Of a stretch of DNA of 64,000 nucleotides, positions 45,540 to 54,902 are shown piece after piece (position 1 is the first letter of the stretch; the number at the start of each line of letters is the position of its first letter). Source of the DNA: a virus. Under the pieces are notes generated by a model that saw only the letters and a list, made by a program, of their open reading frames with translations, was not told the origin of the DNA and ran no database searches. A program made the translations under genes and the position numbers. Location of the stretch: the IMG/VR virus record IMGVR_UViG_3300042904_000308, positions 1 through 64,000 of that record; one strand, given 5' to 3'.

Positions 45540-45923
45540 TTAACCATTAGTAGTAATCCACGCACGAACTGCATCGCCGTCCTGCGTGCCCTTCAGGTAG
45601 AACTGACCCTTATCGCTCACCATGTACAGCACTGGTACAGAGCGGAGGCCCAGGCTCATTGCCATGCTCCCCGCCGAGTAGTTGTCCACATCGAGCTTGT
45701 AGAACGTGACGTCGGGAAACTCCCGAGCGATCTGTTCCAGCACTGGCCCGTATTGCTGACATGGGGCGCACCACTGCGCGGAGAAGTAGTAAATGGTGGT
45801 CGCGTCGGGCTCCATGAATTCATGCGTGATCGGTTCACCAGGCTGGGGAACGATGAAGTTCGACGGCCTGACGTGCGCGGTCACGCGCCTCATCAGCTGC
45901 GGTTTCAATTCAATCTCTGGCAT
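45540..45923 (-). CDS. thioredoxin
   Basis: F.A.WCAPC, KLDVD, SVP. Confidence 0.9.
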   Translation of the reverse strand: MPEIELKPQLMRRVTAHVRPSNFIVPQPGEPITHEFMEPDATTIYYFSAQWCAPCQQYGPVLEQIAREFPDVTFYKLDVDNYSAGSMAMSLGLRSVPVLYMVSDKGQFYLKGTQDGDAVRAWITTNG

Positions 45924-45925
45924 GG

Positions 45926-46171
45926 TTACTCCTCTGCTGCCACGACCTCATAGCCGTACAGCTCTGCAATGTGTGAGGGCAGGTTCTCCGTCGGCTGAGC
46001 GCCGATGAGTCCTGCCGCCTGCTCACGGTATCGAATCAGGCGAGCCTGTGACATGGTGAGCACAGGGTACTTCGCACAGACCTCGGCATACCGTTCGGGA
46101 TTCTGCTGCGCGGCCAGCTCGAAGAATGCTTCGACGGCGCGGTGATGTTGTTGCGCGTCAGACCGTTTCAT
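45926..46171 (-). CDS. hypothetical protein
   Basis: Coupled to the upstream gene. Confidence 0.45.
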   Translation of the reverse strand: MKRSDAQQHHRAVEAFFELAAQQNPERYAEVCAKYPVLTMSQARLIRYREQAAGLIGAQPTENLPSHIAELYGYEVVAAEE

Positions 46172-46628
46172 GCACCACTCCAAATTCCATGCAGAACACG
46201 AGTCGGTCGACTGCACGCATGATGCGCTGGTACATGCTGCCGATATCCTTGATGCCCCACTCACCGCACAGCTGCTCCAGGGTATGTGTCTGAAACAGCA
46301 GGTATCGGTAGACGAGGCTCAGGTCGTCGTCGGTCAGGGCACGCAGCCCCGTCTCCAAATCGAGCATCGAGACGTGAATCTCTTGTATCTGTTTGGACTT
46401 GCGTTTCCCGTCCCGAGGGGCTCGCGCTCCTCGCGGCTCCAGAAACGGCCACGGCATCTTGCTGTTCTTGGACATGCCCAGCGGGTACTCTCGGGAGACA
46501 CCGTGCTCGGTGCGCTCTTCGAGCACCATTCCATCCATCAGGCGTTGGGCCTGTCCCTCCTGCATCTGACGAAAATCGAGATAATTCCTAAGTAATCTGA
46601 CAACGAGCTCTCGTGAATAGACCTTCAT
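46158..46628 (-). CDS. sigma-70 region-4-like HTH transcription factor
   Basis: LDLE.GL..LT.DD..LV…T.EQL…G…RA..RL C-terminal HTH pattern. Confidence 0.6.
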   Translation of the reverse strand: MKVYSRELVVRLLRNYLDFRQMQEGQAQRLMDGMVLEERTEHGVSREYPLGMSKNSKMPWPFLEPRGARAPRDGKRKSKQIQEIHVSMLDLETGLRALTDDDLSLVYRYLLFQTHTLEQLCGEWGIKDIGSMYQRIMRAVDRLVFCMEFGVVHETV

Positions 46629-46656
46629 ACTTCCTTTTGCTTACACTCACAAACCA

Positions 46657-47754
46657 CTACCCCTTTCGTTTATAGCGAGCACGCCGCTTCCTCATTTTCT
46701 CGGCATAATACCGACACGATGAATCACAGTAGCTGTCGAAGACTGGCTCCTGACACGGAAAGAACGAATATGCTCCGCTGTACGCTGACTCAACCTTGGT
46801 CAGCAGGACATCGGCGTCCATCGGAGGATCGTTACGACTGTTCCACTCCTCCATCGCGGCGACCGCCATGTCCATCGGAAACCCCCTGTCACGGAAATAA
46901 CACGAGAGGCGGAAGGCAGGCACGTCCCGCGCTCCCTCGACCACGCCTCGCGTCATCACGTTCACCATGCAGGGGGGTGTCATTGCGCCGACCGCCCCAG
47001 GCTGGTCAACGATGTTGACCTGTGACCTGAATGCCTCGACGTCAATCTGGCAGTCCAGAATGAGCCCATCGAGCTGCTTCTCCGTCACGACGGGAAAGAG
47101 CTCCAGCGCTTCCCACTGATCGGGACCAGACAGAAGCTCGAAATGACGGTCGACAAAGCCACACCAGTTGCCCGTCTTGCGGTGCTTGCCGAGTGGCAGC
47201 TTGATCAGGCTCCCGTACGTTTTCTGCGTAGCCTGTTTGGGAAAGACCTCGACGTGAATTCCCTCTGGCGGCTCAACCTGCCGCTCAAAGAACCGACCGA
47301 AAGCGTAGACCTTCAATGCCTGCACAGGCTCGAAGAAAATCCAGATGTGGTATCCCCTCGATCCCGAGTACTCGACCAGAAACGGGATATCCCACGCCTT
47401 CAGAACTCTTGCCAGAGCTATCGTGTGCGCCCTGATCTTCCCCTGGGCCTCCCCGACATCGACGCCTTTATCAATATCGACATCGAAGCAGAGCCACTTG
47501 ACGGTGCCCTCCTCATCCATTGGATAAATGCCCAGCGTGATGTCGCCTTCGAGATGACGCTGAACGTCCTGGCTCGTCATTGGCACATGCTGCACATCAG
47601 GACATCGCCGCTTCGGACACTTCGGTGTATGACTGCACTCGCCGTGTGTAACCTTGACGTATCCCCCTTCCTGCTTTTCCGTGCTGTACCACTGATGAGC
47701 AAACACATCAGTCCGATGAATGAATCGTTCCCTGATCAGCGCTGTCTTGTTCAT
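46657..47754 (-). CDS. archaeo-eukaryotic primase (TOTE-type AEP) with a PriCT-like C-terminal domain
   Basis: F..R.D, HL.G..TLG.Y, FDVD, SGSRGYH.WIFF, EVFPKQ, G.LIKLPLG; PPC…G.R…WN..N.PP; terminal Cys cluster. Confidence 0.85.
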   Translation of the reverse strand: MNKTALIRERFIHRTDVFAHQWYSTEKQEGGYVKVTHGECSHTPKCPKRRCPDVQHVPMTSQDVQRHLEGDITLGIYPMDEEGTVKWLCFDVDIDKGVDVGEAQGKIRAHTIALARVLKAWDIPFLVEYSGSRGYHIWIFFEPVQALKVYAFGRFFERQVEPPEGIHVEVFPKQATQKTYGSLIKLPLGKHRKTGNWCGFVDRHFELLSGPDQWEALELFPVVTEKQLDGLILDCQIDVEAFRSQVNIVDQPGAVGAMTPPCMVNVMTRGVVEGARDVPAFRLSCYFRDRGFPMDMAVAAMEEWNSRNDPPMDADVLLTKVESAYSGAYSFFPCQEPVFDSYCDSSCRYYAEKMRKRRARYKRKG

Positions 47755-47763
47755 TCGTTTCCT

Positions 47764-48189
47764 TTACGACTGCTCGACGTAGACCACTCCCGTGTCAAGC
47801 AGCAGCCTGACCGTCACTGGTGTGCTATGCGCCACCGTGCCGTCTGTCCGCGTGACCTCTGACCGCACAATGGCGACCACGATGTCCTGATCACTGAACC
47901 CCCTGACATACGGAAATCGTCCGACCTTCCACTGCATCAGGTGGTACGGCTCAATCAGGAAGTCATAGACGGGCTCCAGCGTTCCGTACTCCTCAGGAAC
48001 CTCGATGAACTGCTCGCTGGCCCACCAGTCCGCTACCAGAAACTGGGCGTAGTCGGCAATGGCCTCGGCCTGCTGCAGCGTTAACCGCACCATGTAGGCA
48101 GGTTTGATGTCAGCCCAGGCTGGAAGCGTCGGTGTTTCCTGATCGTTCCCAGCTGACTCTTCGTCGATTGGTGTTGTCTCCAAATCCAA
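47764..48189 (-). CDS. hypothetical protein
   Basis: GAGGA RBS; TTG start. Confidence 0.5.
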   Translation of the reverse strand: MDLETTPIDEESAGNDQETPTLPAWADIKPAYMVRLTLQQAEAIADYAQFLVADWWASEQFIEVPEEYGTLEPVYDFLIEPYHLMQWKVGRFPYVRGFSDQDIVVAIVRSEVTRTDGTVAHSTPVTVRLLLDTGVVYVEQS

Positions 48190-48432
48190 GTCCTCTCAAA
48201 TAGCTCAATGTAAAGTGATATGGTTTCCCCGACGCTTCTGCCTGAAGGATCAGGTCGATCTGTGCGAGCGCCATTGTGACGAACCTTCCCGCACATTGTT
48301 GTTCGATGAGACGGACCACGCGCTCCAGATCGAGGAACCGCTCTTCATCGAAGATGCAGAACTTCAACATCGCGTGCTCATAGGTGTGTCCGATGCTTAC
48401 CTTCAGTGACAGGCCGTTAACTTCGTTCTCGA

Positions 48433-48963
48433 TCACGATATCAGCCTCGTTTCGAGTACCCCCTTCGGCCACGACACGACATACTCGATGACAGGCAGCT
48501 CGCAGTAGGCGTTGTGAACGCACGCGGCCTCGACCGCGCCTCTCACTGACGCGCCGACGCAGAGCGCCCCCATCGCGACCTCGCCGCCAGAACCAATCGC
48601 GGTGTACGTGTCGATATGACGAATATAGAATCCGTTGATGTAGAACACCACACCTTTATAGGCATACAGATAGCTGTTGTTCAGCGTGTATTGCTTGTTA
48701 TCGATTCGCTTGGAGGCCCAGGACTGGAACGAGGCCAGGTGATCGATCATGGCATCCTCGCTCGGCTCTTTCAGGTGGTTCGTGTGCAGATAGACGCGGA
48801 AGAGGCCAATCTCCTCCGCGTACCCGACCGAGCCGATGATGGCATCACCCGCCTGGAATATCTTGCTGTGTGGAACAGACTCTTTCACCGAGCCTCGCGT
48901 GACCTGTGAGTCCGCAGCGATGCGAACCTCCTCGGGAGTTACCTGTGCAACGACAACTGACAT
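48433..48963 (-). CDS. proteasome/HslV-like Ntn hydrolase
   Basis: N-terminal S-V-V-V, AADSQVT, KIF, AIGSGG..A.GAL, AVEAA. Confidence 0.8.
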   Translation of the reverse strand: MSVVVAQVTPEEVRIAADSQVTRGSVKESVPHSKIFQAGDAIIGSVGYAEEIGLFRVYLHTNHLKEPSEDAMIDHLASFQSWASKRIDNKQYTLNNSYLYAYKGVVFYINGFYIRHIDTYTAIGSGGEVAMGALCVGASVRGAVEAACVHNAYCELPVIEYVVSWPKGVLETRLIS

Positions 48964-48967
48964 ATAT

Positions 48968-49180
48968 CTACTCGCTTAAGAAGTCATACAAAAATGCGAC
49001 AGTGCCGCCTGCCGCCGCCGCAAAGCATGGGAAAATCAGGGAGGCCAGAAACAGCGCCTCGGTCTGACTCTCGGTGCCATACACCGAGGAGTACAACGCG
49101 AAGAAGATCAGCACCCCCTCGATGACGATGGTCGCCACGACAGCAAACGCTATCGCGGCCAGCAGAAGCACTCGCCTCAT
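48968..49180 (-). CDS. small membrane protein
   Basis: Two TM helices. Confidence 0.55.
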   Translation of the reverse strand: MRRVLLLAAIAFAVVATIVIEGVLIFFALYSSVYGTESQTEALFLASLIFPCFAAAAGGTVAFLYDFLSE

Positions 49181-49350
49181 CGCTTCACTTTCATTCGGGC
49201 TTTCCGCTTGGCGAGCTTCTTGGCGAGCTTCCGCCGCTCGGCTCGATTCCGCCCCAGGTGCTCCTCTAGGACGTGCGTGCCCCCGCCAGCAAGGACACGC
49301 TCACGCTGCGCAGCTCGTTCGGCTGCATTCATATCATCAGGTTGTGGCAT
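49177..49350 (-). CDS. 57-aa basic peptide (not in the ORF track)
   Basis: MPQPDD…GRNRAERRKLAKK…; ATGA overlap with the next gene. Confidence 0.55.
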   Translation of the reverse strand: MPQPDDMNAAERAAQRERVLAGGGTHVLEEHLGRNRAERRKLAKKLAKRKARMKVKR

Positions 49351-49376
49351 CTACTTTCCTATTAACTCTCTCACAC

Positions 49377-51536
49377 TTATTTCGCCTCGCCCCATGTGTA
49401 TCCCGTTCCTGCCTCAGCGGCGAGTGGGACGCGCAGGCGCGGGTTGATCAGACTTGTCATGTAATGCTGAACAATCTTCGCCGCTTCGTCGGCGTTCTCC
49501 TCGGGAGCCTCGGCCACGACCTCATCGTGAACCTGCAGCAACATGTATGCCCCGAACGGTTCGAGCGCCTGCTGAATCGCGGGGATCGCCTCCGCCACGA
49601 TGTCAGCGCACGAACCCTGAATGATCGCGTTGACCGCCTGCCGCTCGGCTCGCATCACGTCCCAGCGGTTATCCGACCAGAGCTCAGGCAGTCGCCGCTT
49701 GCGTCCGCCGATGGTCTGGATGTACCCAACCTTCTTGGCGTAGCGAATGACGCGCTGCTTCCACTCGGTCATGCCCTCATACGTGGTGTTGAATCCCGCG
49801 ATCAGCGCGTCGGCCTCTTCCAGCGAGACGCGGACACCACTCTCCACCAGCAGGTGGACCTGAAACTTCTTCCCCGCCATTCCGTAAAGCAGGCCGAAGT
49901 TCGACACCTTGCCAATCGTTCGGCGCAGCTTGGCGTCGACATCGTCATTCTCGATGCGTTCGAGCAGTTCCTCGTACGGGATTCCTGACTGGGTCGAGGC
50001 GGTCATCGCGTGCAGGTCAAGCCCGTCCGCGAACGCCTTCACCATCGTCTCGTCCTGACTGTAATGTGCAGCCACCCGCAGCTCCATTGCCGCGTAGTCC
50101 GCAACGATCAGCTTGTGCCCAGGCCGAGCGACGAACATCGAACGCGCCTTCTTGCCTTCCGCTCCCCGACTGGGAATCTGTTGCAGGTTCGGTCGCTGGC
50201 TCGACAGGCGTCCCGTCGCGGCAATGTCCTGTCGAAACGAGGTCCGCAGGCAGTAGTGGTCGTTTGGATCAGAGAGCTCGACGAACGGGTGAAGGAACGC
50301 CGTGATGAACTTGTTCGCTTTCCGCCATGCCAGAAGGTCTTTCAACACCTGCGGCGACTTCTCGCCCAGCATGTAGTCGAGCACCTTCAAGGTGTTGCGA
50401 TCAACGCTGTACTCGCCCGACTGTGTGCGCTTCAGCTTCAAATCCCCAGGCGGCTTCAATCGGTAATGCTCGAACAGCAGCTCGGTCATGTGCTTTGTGG
50501 AGCCTGTATTGAAGACCAGCTTGCGGTACTTCGAGCGAGGCGTCGGCTTGACTAAAGGAAGGCGCAGGCCGTCCTCTTCAATCCAGAGGGTGCCGAAAGC
50601 GTCGACAATCGCCTCCTCGACCTCTTCATCGTCCGCGATCTTCAGGTAGCCTTTGGGGATGTTCTCTGGCGCGTACCGCTGCAGCACCATCTTGACGCCC
50701 TCGGCATTCACCCGAGCCGACAGCTCCTGCTCCGTAGCCTGGGCCTCCGCCAGAGTCTGCTTGACCAGCTCCATATCGAGGGCAATACCCTTGCGCTCCA
50801 TCTGCTGCAGTGTCACGCAGAGCGGCATCCAGATATCGCAGAAGGCGTGCTCCAGCCCATCCTCGGACAGGTCGACCGCCAGCTTTCGCCAGAGCTTCCA
50901 CGTCACGCCTGTGTCATGCACCGCGTACGTCGCGCCGATGTCGAGCGGCACGCCGAGGAACTCTTCCTTGCCGAAACCCTCATAGCGATCCAGCTCGGTG
51001 AACTCGGTCATCGTCTCACCGACCAGATAGGCCAGCTTCTTCAGACCTGTCGAGCGGTTCTCGTCGAGAAGCACAGCGGCGAGCTGTGTGTCGGCCACCC
51101 TGCCCCTGATCCTCACCCCCATCTCCGAGAGGAAATGCAGATCGAACTTCAGGTTGTGGGCGACCATCTCGACGTCCGTCTGATCGAAGAGCGGCTGCAC
51201 GGCGCGAACGAATTCGTCGCGGTCCATGAACTGATGAAGGATCAGCGGGGCATGCCGTCGAACGACCGCATGGTCAAGGTACTGTTGGAGACGCGGCTCG
51301 TAGTTCGGGTCTTCGACGGTGTGCTCGATGCAGAGATAGACGCTCGGACCTTGATCAAACGAGAGCGCCAGACCCAGCACGCGATCCTTCAGGTAGTCAA
51401 GACCGCTTGTCTCGACGTCGAACGCGAATGATTTTCCGTGGTGTTTCTTCAGGCACCTGCGAACATCGTCCAGATTGGTGATCACAAAGCCTGGAAGTCT
51501 CGTGTTCCGCTGTAACTGTTGCGTAACGGCTTCCAA
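49377..51536 (-). CDS. polA: family A DNA polymerase (3'-5' exonuclease + polymerase; no 5' nuclease)
   Basis: FDVETSGL, HNLKFD, TGRLSS..PNLQQIP, DYAAMELR, K..NFGLLYG, QVHDE. Confidence 0.96.
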   Translation of the reverse strand: MEAVTQQLQRNTRLPGFVITNLDDVRRCLKKHHGKSFAFDVETSGLDYLKDRVLGLALSFDQGPSVYLCIEHTVEDPNYEPRLQQYLDHAVVRRHAPLILHQFMDRDEFVRAVQPLFDQTDVEMVAHNLKFDLHFLSEMGVRIRGRVADTQLAAVLLDENRSTGLKKLAYLVGETMTEFTELDRYEGFGKEEFLGVPLDIGATYAVHDTGVTWKLWRKLAVDLSEDGLEHAFCDIWMPLCVTLQQMERKGIALDMELVKQTLAEAQATEQELSARVNAEGVKMVLQRYAPENIPKGYLKIADDEEVEEAIVDAFGTLWIEEDGLRLPLVKPTPRSKYRKLVFNTGSTKHMTELLFEHYRLKPPGDLKLKRTQSGEYSVDRNTLKVLDYMLGEKSPQVLKDLLAWRKANKFITAFLHPFVELSDPNDHYCLRTSFRQDIAATGRLSSQRPNLQQIPSRGAEGKKARSMFVARPGHKLIVADYAAMELRVAAHYSQDETMVKAFADGLDLHAMTASTQSGIPYEELLERIENDDVDAKLRRTIGKVSNFGLLYGMAGKKFQVHLLVESGVRVSLEEADALIAGFNTTYEGMTEWKQRVIRYAKKVGYIQTIGGRKRRLPELWSDNRWDVMRAERQAVNAIIQGSCADIVAEAIPAIQQALEPFGAYMLLQVHDEVVAEAPEENADEAAKIVQHYMTSLINPRLRVPLAAEAGTGYTWGEAK

Positions 51537-51551
51537 TGGATTTCGTTCCCC

Positions 51552-51779
51552 TTAATCATCGATAGGGTGACGATCTGCATAGGAGCAGATCAACCCCAGC
51601 CCGATGCACAACGACAACACATATAACAACGCTGTAATAATGCCAAGAGGAATGAACAGATTAAGCGCAACACCGACAGCAAACATTCCACCGACCACAT
51701 ACCCAACTGCGGCAAACAACACCAGCACCCGCAGGAACATTCCAAATCCGAAACTCACTCCCTCTCTGACTATCTCCAC
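51552..51779 (-). CDS. small membrane protein
   Basis: Two TM helices. Confidence 0.55.
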   Translation of the reverse strand: MEIVREGVSFGFGMFLRVLVLFAAVGYVVGGMFAVGVALNLFIPLGIITALLYVLSLCIGLGLICSYADRHPIDD

Positions 51780-51790
51780 CTGTCACCCTT

Positions 51791-52000
51791 CTAATACTTA
51801 CCACTCAACTTCGCGTCGATGATCGCCAGCAGCAAACCTCCGACGAGAACCTCAGCTCCAATGAAACTGCAGCCTGCCAGAAAGTGGTAGTCGAAAGCCA
51901 TCTGGCCGAGCAGAATAGAACCGACGACGATACCAGCAACGATAGCCAGTCCGACAGCGATCAGGTATATCTGCAAGGCAGTCTTTAGAATCTCAATCAC
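51791..52000 (-). CDS. small membrane protein (paralog of 52057..52260)
   Basis: MIEILKT…; two TM helices. Confidence 0.6.
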   Translation of the reverse strand: MIEILKTALQIYLIAVGLAIVAGIVVGSILLGQMAFDYHFLAGCSFIGAEVLVGGLLLAIIDAKLSGKY

Positions 52001-52007
52001 GTATACC

Positions 52008-52044
52008 CCTCACTATTAATATCGTCACAAGGTGCTCGAAACTT
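52008..52044 (-). promoter_or_regulatory. conserved phage element, copy 3
   Basis: AAGTTTCGAGCACCTTGTGACGATATTAATAGTGAGG. Confidence 0.75.
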
Positions 52045-52056
52045 TCGCTTTTGGAA

Positions 52057-52260
52057 CTAGGAATCAGAAATTGCCAGAAGGAAGGCGACCGCGACACAGC
52101 TGCCGACCACCCCTGCCAGCGCAAACCAGCCGCCTAGGTCGAAGAGATACGTCATGAGCTGTACATACCCCCAAAAACAACCAGCAAGCACGCCAACGCC
52201 CACGGCAATCAGTGCCATTATCAGACTATAGACTGCTGTCGTCTTAAGAATCTCGGTCAC
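52057..52260 (-). CDS. small membrane protein
   Basis: MTEILKT…; two TM helices; GGAG RBS. Confidence 0.6.
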   Translation of the reverse strand: MTEILKTTAVYSLIMALIAVGVGVLAGCFWGYVQLMTYLFDLGGWFALAGVVGSCVAVAFLLAISDS

Positions 52261-52873
52261 GTCGTAACTCCTCCAGATAGCGTTCTGTCTCTTTGGTGCA
52301 ATCGATAAGGTCTTGCTCGGTGTAATTGGGAAGCTCAGGGATGGGGGTTTTCAGGTGACGCCTGCAGACCGCTGCCGCTTCCTGAATCGCCAGCAGCCCC
52401 ACGCCTTCCTCATAGCTCTCCTCACAGGCAATGATCTTGAGAAGCCTGCCGTTTTCCCGCACCTTCTTCTGCACCGTCAACCCGCGTTCCCGCAGGTTGT
52501 CTCTGCCCCAGCGCTTCTCTTTCTCGACCGCCTCAGCCAGACGCCAGCGTTGAAACTCGGCGCGGTTGACATCAACCGAGAGGTCGGGGATGTACTTCTC
52601 ATCGCTCACGCGGATGAACTGCACAATGAAAAGTTCGACCGCTCCGCCAGCAAAGTACTTGTCGACCACCTGATCGTCGTTCGTCGCCGCCGTGATCAAT
52701 GTCTCGGCGGTCTGCTTGTCGATCCCCTCTACAGGCACCGCCTCGGGCCGCGCTCCTCGCTCGATCCCTGAAATGAAGCATGACTGGCACTTGAGCTTGC
52801 CAGACAGGAAGTCCCTGACCAGCGCAGGCTTGCCACAGTGGGGGCAGGTGCTGTCTTTCGCCGCGCTAGACAT
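52244..52873 (-). CDS. N-terminal zinc-ribbon protein
   Basis: CPHC … CQSC; GAGGAG RBS. Confidence 0.6.
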   Translation of the reverse strand: MSSAAKDSTCPHCGKPALVRDFLSGKLKCQSCFISGIERGARPEAVPVEGIDKQTAETLITAATNDDQVVDKYFAGGAVELFIVQFIRVSDEKYIPDLSVDVNRAEFQRWRLAEAVEKEKRWGRDNLRERGLTVQKKVRENGRLLKIIACEESYEEGVGLLAIQEAAAVCRRHLKTPIPELPNYTEQDLIDCTKETERYLEELRRDRDS

Positions 52874-53091
52874 CGTCAGACTCCTCACAGTGAGGCGTCT
52901 CTCCGAGAAAGATGCGAAGATCGTCTCCCTCTGACCAGATCGAGTACCAGGCGATGTCGTCGTAGCGAGCCATCACCGCGTCGACCGCCACAATGATGTC
53001 GTCCTTCACCTGTCGGATCGCGCTCGGCCTGGTTCTCAGCTCGAAAGGCACCTGCCTGTGGTACTTCAGTGTCGCCTCAAGATGCTGTCGA

Positions 53092-53295
53092 TCAATCATC
53101 GTTGACAACTTCTTCCGCCAGTGCCGTTTCGTCTTCAAACGAACACTGCAGCGTGTGAAAGTTGACCTTCGCGTCACACACCCCTCCCCCGTCGTAGTCA
53201 GGATGGCAATCGATGTGCAGATCGGCGTGCTTGCCAGTTCTGAGGTATACAAAGTACGTATCGATAACACGTTGAAGCTCGCTTGTGATTGTCAT
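53092..53295 (-). CDS. hypothetical protein
   Basis: AAGGA RBS. Confidence 0.45.
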   Translation of the reverse strand: MTITSELQRVIDTYFVYLRTGKHADLHIDCHPDYDGGGVCDAKVNFHTLQCSFEDETALAEEVVNDD

Positions 53296-53317
53296 TACAG
53301 TTCCTTCTTAACCATCT

Positions 53318-53635
53318 TTACGGACAGCGCCCTTCGAGATGCTGCTCAGCTGCATAGCCGCAGTCGTCGCAATCTCCCTCATGGAGCACGGCTGCTCTAC
53401 AGGTCACGCGAACGATGCGGTTCGCATTCTCGATTTCCGATTCTGTCGCTCGCCTGAGCGTGTACCAGCTGCCCTCCCACTTCGCGGCTCCCCTTGCCCA
53501 CTGTCCGATACACGCTCGAAACCCTCGAAGGAAGAGCGGTTCGTGGTCATCAGTGAAGACGTACACACCATCACCGTCATCAGCCAGGCTCTCTCGACTT
53601 GGTTTATACGCCCTGTTGAATATCAAAGTAGCCAT
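53318..53635 (-). CDS. hypothetical protein with a C-terminal Cys cluster
   Basis: C…CDDC…H…C. Confidence 0.5.
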   Translation of the reverse strand: MATLIFNRAYKPSRESLADDGDGVYVFTDDHEPLFLRGFRACIGQWARGAAKWEGSWYTLRRATESEIENANRIVRVTCRAAVLHEGDCDDCGYAAEQHLEGRCP

Positions 53636-53781
53636 CTACAGCTCTTGCTCCATAATCGGCTTAAACCAGAGTCCGATGAACAGCGTGCCGTCTGGCAGCA
53701 TCGACGCTTCAGTGTGAAGCTCGCGCTCATCCCCCCTGAACGGGGCGGTAACAATCTCGATGTCCTCGATCAGCGAATCGA

Positions 53782-54393
53782 CTATGGTTTTGACTGATTG
53801 ATCTGACATATGCACCCTTTCTCTCGCACCGCAGCACCGAGCTTGGCGAGTTCCAGCAGTTCGAGGAACATCCGAGCAGGCGTCATGACGTGGGCCTCCC
53901 CCTTGTCGCCAGGGATGAGTACGTGATCCTCGGTGTACTGATTGTTGACCCAGTGGACCCACAGGATGCCGAGCTCGCCAGCGTCCTTGGCCTCCTGAAA
54001 CGTCTGGTCGATAACGCTCTTCTTCAATGTGAAGGTCTTGTCACCTGTCGGCGTCAGGATGCTTGCACCCTTACACTCGATCTTCACGAAGTCCCGACCG
54101 AGCATGTCCTTGACCTCGACGTCACCCGTCAGGTTGCGGGAGCCTGTCTTGATCGCACCGCTCATCGGCGTGCGCTCGCCGCCTGTGAGGGCAGCGACGT
54201 TGCGCTCGACGCTCTTGCCAAAATTTCGGTTGCGGTTGTTCTGTTCCTGGCGGGTCTTTCCCGCCGCGTTCAACTGGGGAATCTCCTGATCGCTCTTCTT
54301 CGATCCACCCTTTTTTGGTGCCGCCTTCCCCGCTGCCTTCTTCTTCTTCGAAGACTCGGGCTTGGGAACAGGCGAAAAGTATCTATCTGACAT
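53782..54393 (-). CDS. Holliday junction resolvase (Hjc-like PD-(D/E)XK)
   Basis: G…ER.VA, R.P.SGA, GDV, IECK. Confidence 0.75.
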   Translation of the reverse strand: MSDRYFSPVPKPESSKKKKAAGKAAPKKGGSKKSDQEIPQLNAAGKTRQEQNNRNRNFGKSVERNVAALTGGERTPMSGAIKTGSRNLTGDVEVKDMLGRDFVKIECKGASILTPTGDKTFTLKKSVIDQTFQEAKDAGELGILWVHWVNNQYTEDHVLIPGDKGEAHVMTPARMFLELLELAKLGAAVREKGCICQINQSKP

Positions 54394-54404
54394 GTATCCT
54401 TATT

Positions 54405-54902
54405 TCACTTCTTCATCTTCTGAATAAAGGTCAAAGCGTGCTCTCGTAACCGTTCCCCGTCACGCTTACCCAGCTCCACCCGTTCGCCGTACGTCAGTGG
54501 CTCCAGCTCCTGATAGGGCATGTAGTACGAACCAAAACCGTCATCAGGGAACGAAACGTTCACCCAGTACCCGCTGCCGAACGTCTCGAACAAGCCTCGA
54601 TCACGTCCCACAGCGTTATGTTTCGAGTCAATCCACTCGAAATCAAACCGCATCTCGACTCCATTCACGTCGGTGCCGCCTTGTGCGAGTACCGCATTCA
54701 AGTACTCGGCATACGGCATCCCGCTCACGGACACCAATCGTCCACCAGGCAGGTACATCCGTTCTGCCGTCGGTGTCCGCAAAAGACATGACAGAACCAC
54801 AGGACTCGTGTTCTCGGCCTCAGTGCCGTCTGCCGCAACTGTCGCTCCCGCTGTAACAACGGCTGCTCCGCCCAACCACTTGAACATTTCCCTACGATTC
54901 AT
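54405..54902 (-). CDS. protein with a twin-arginine (Tat)-like signal
   Basis: MNRREMFKWLGGAAVVTAGATVAA. Confidence 0.6.
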   Translation of the reverse strand: MNRREMFKWLGGAAVVTAGATVAADGTEAENTSPVVLSCLLRTPTAERMYLPGGRLVSVSGMPYAEYLNAVLAQGGTDVNGVEMRFDFEWIDSKHNAVGRDRGLFETFGSGYWVNVSFPDDGFGSYYMPYQELEPLTYGERVELGKRDGERLREHALTFIQKMKK

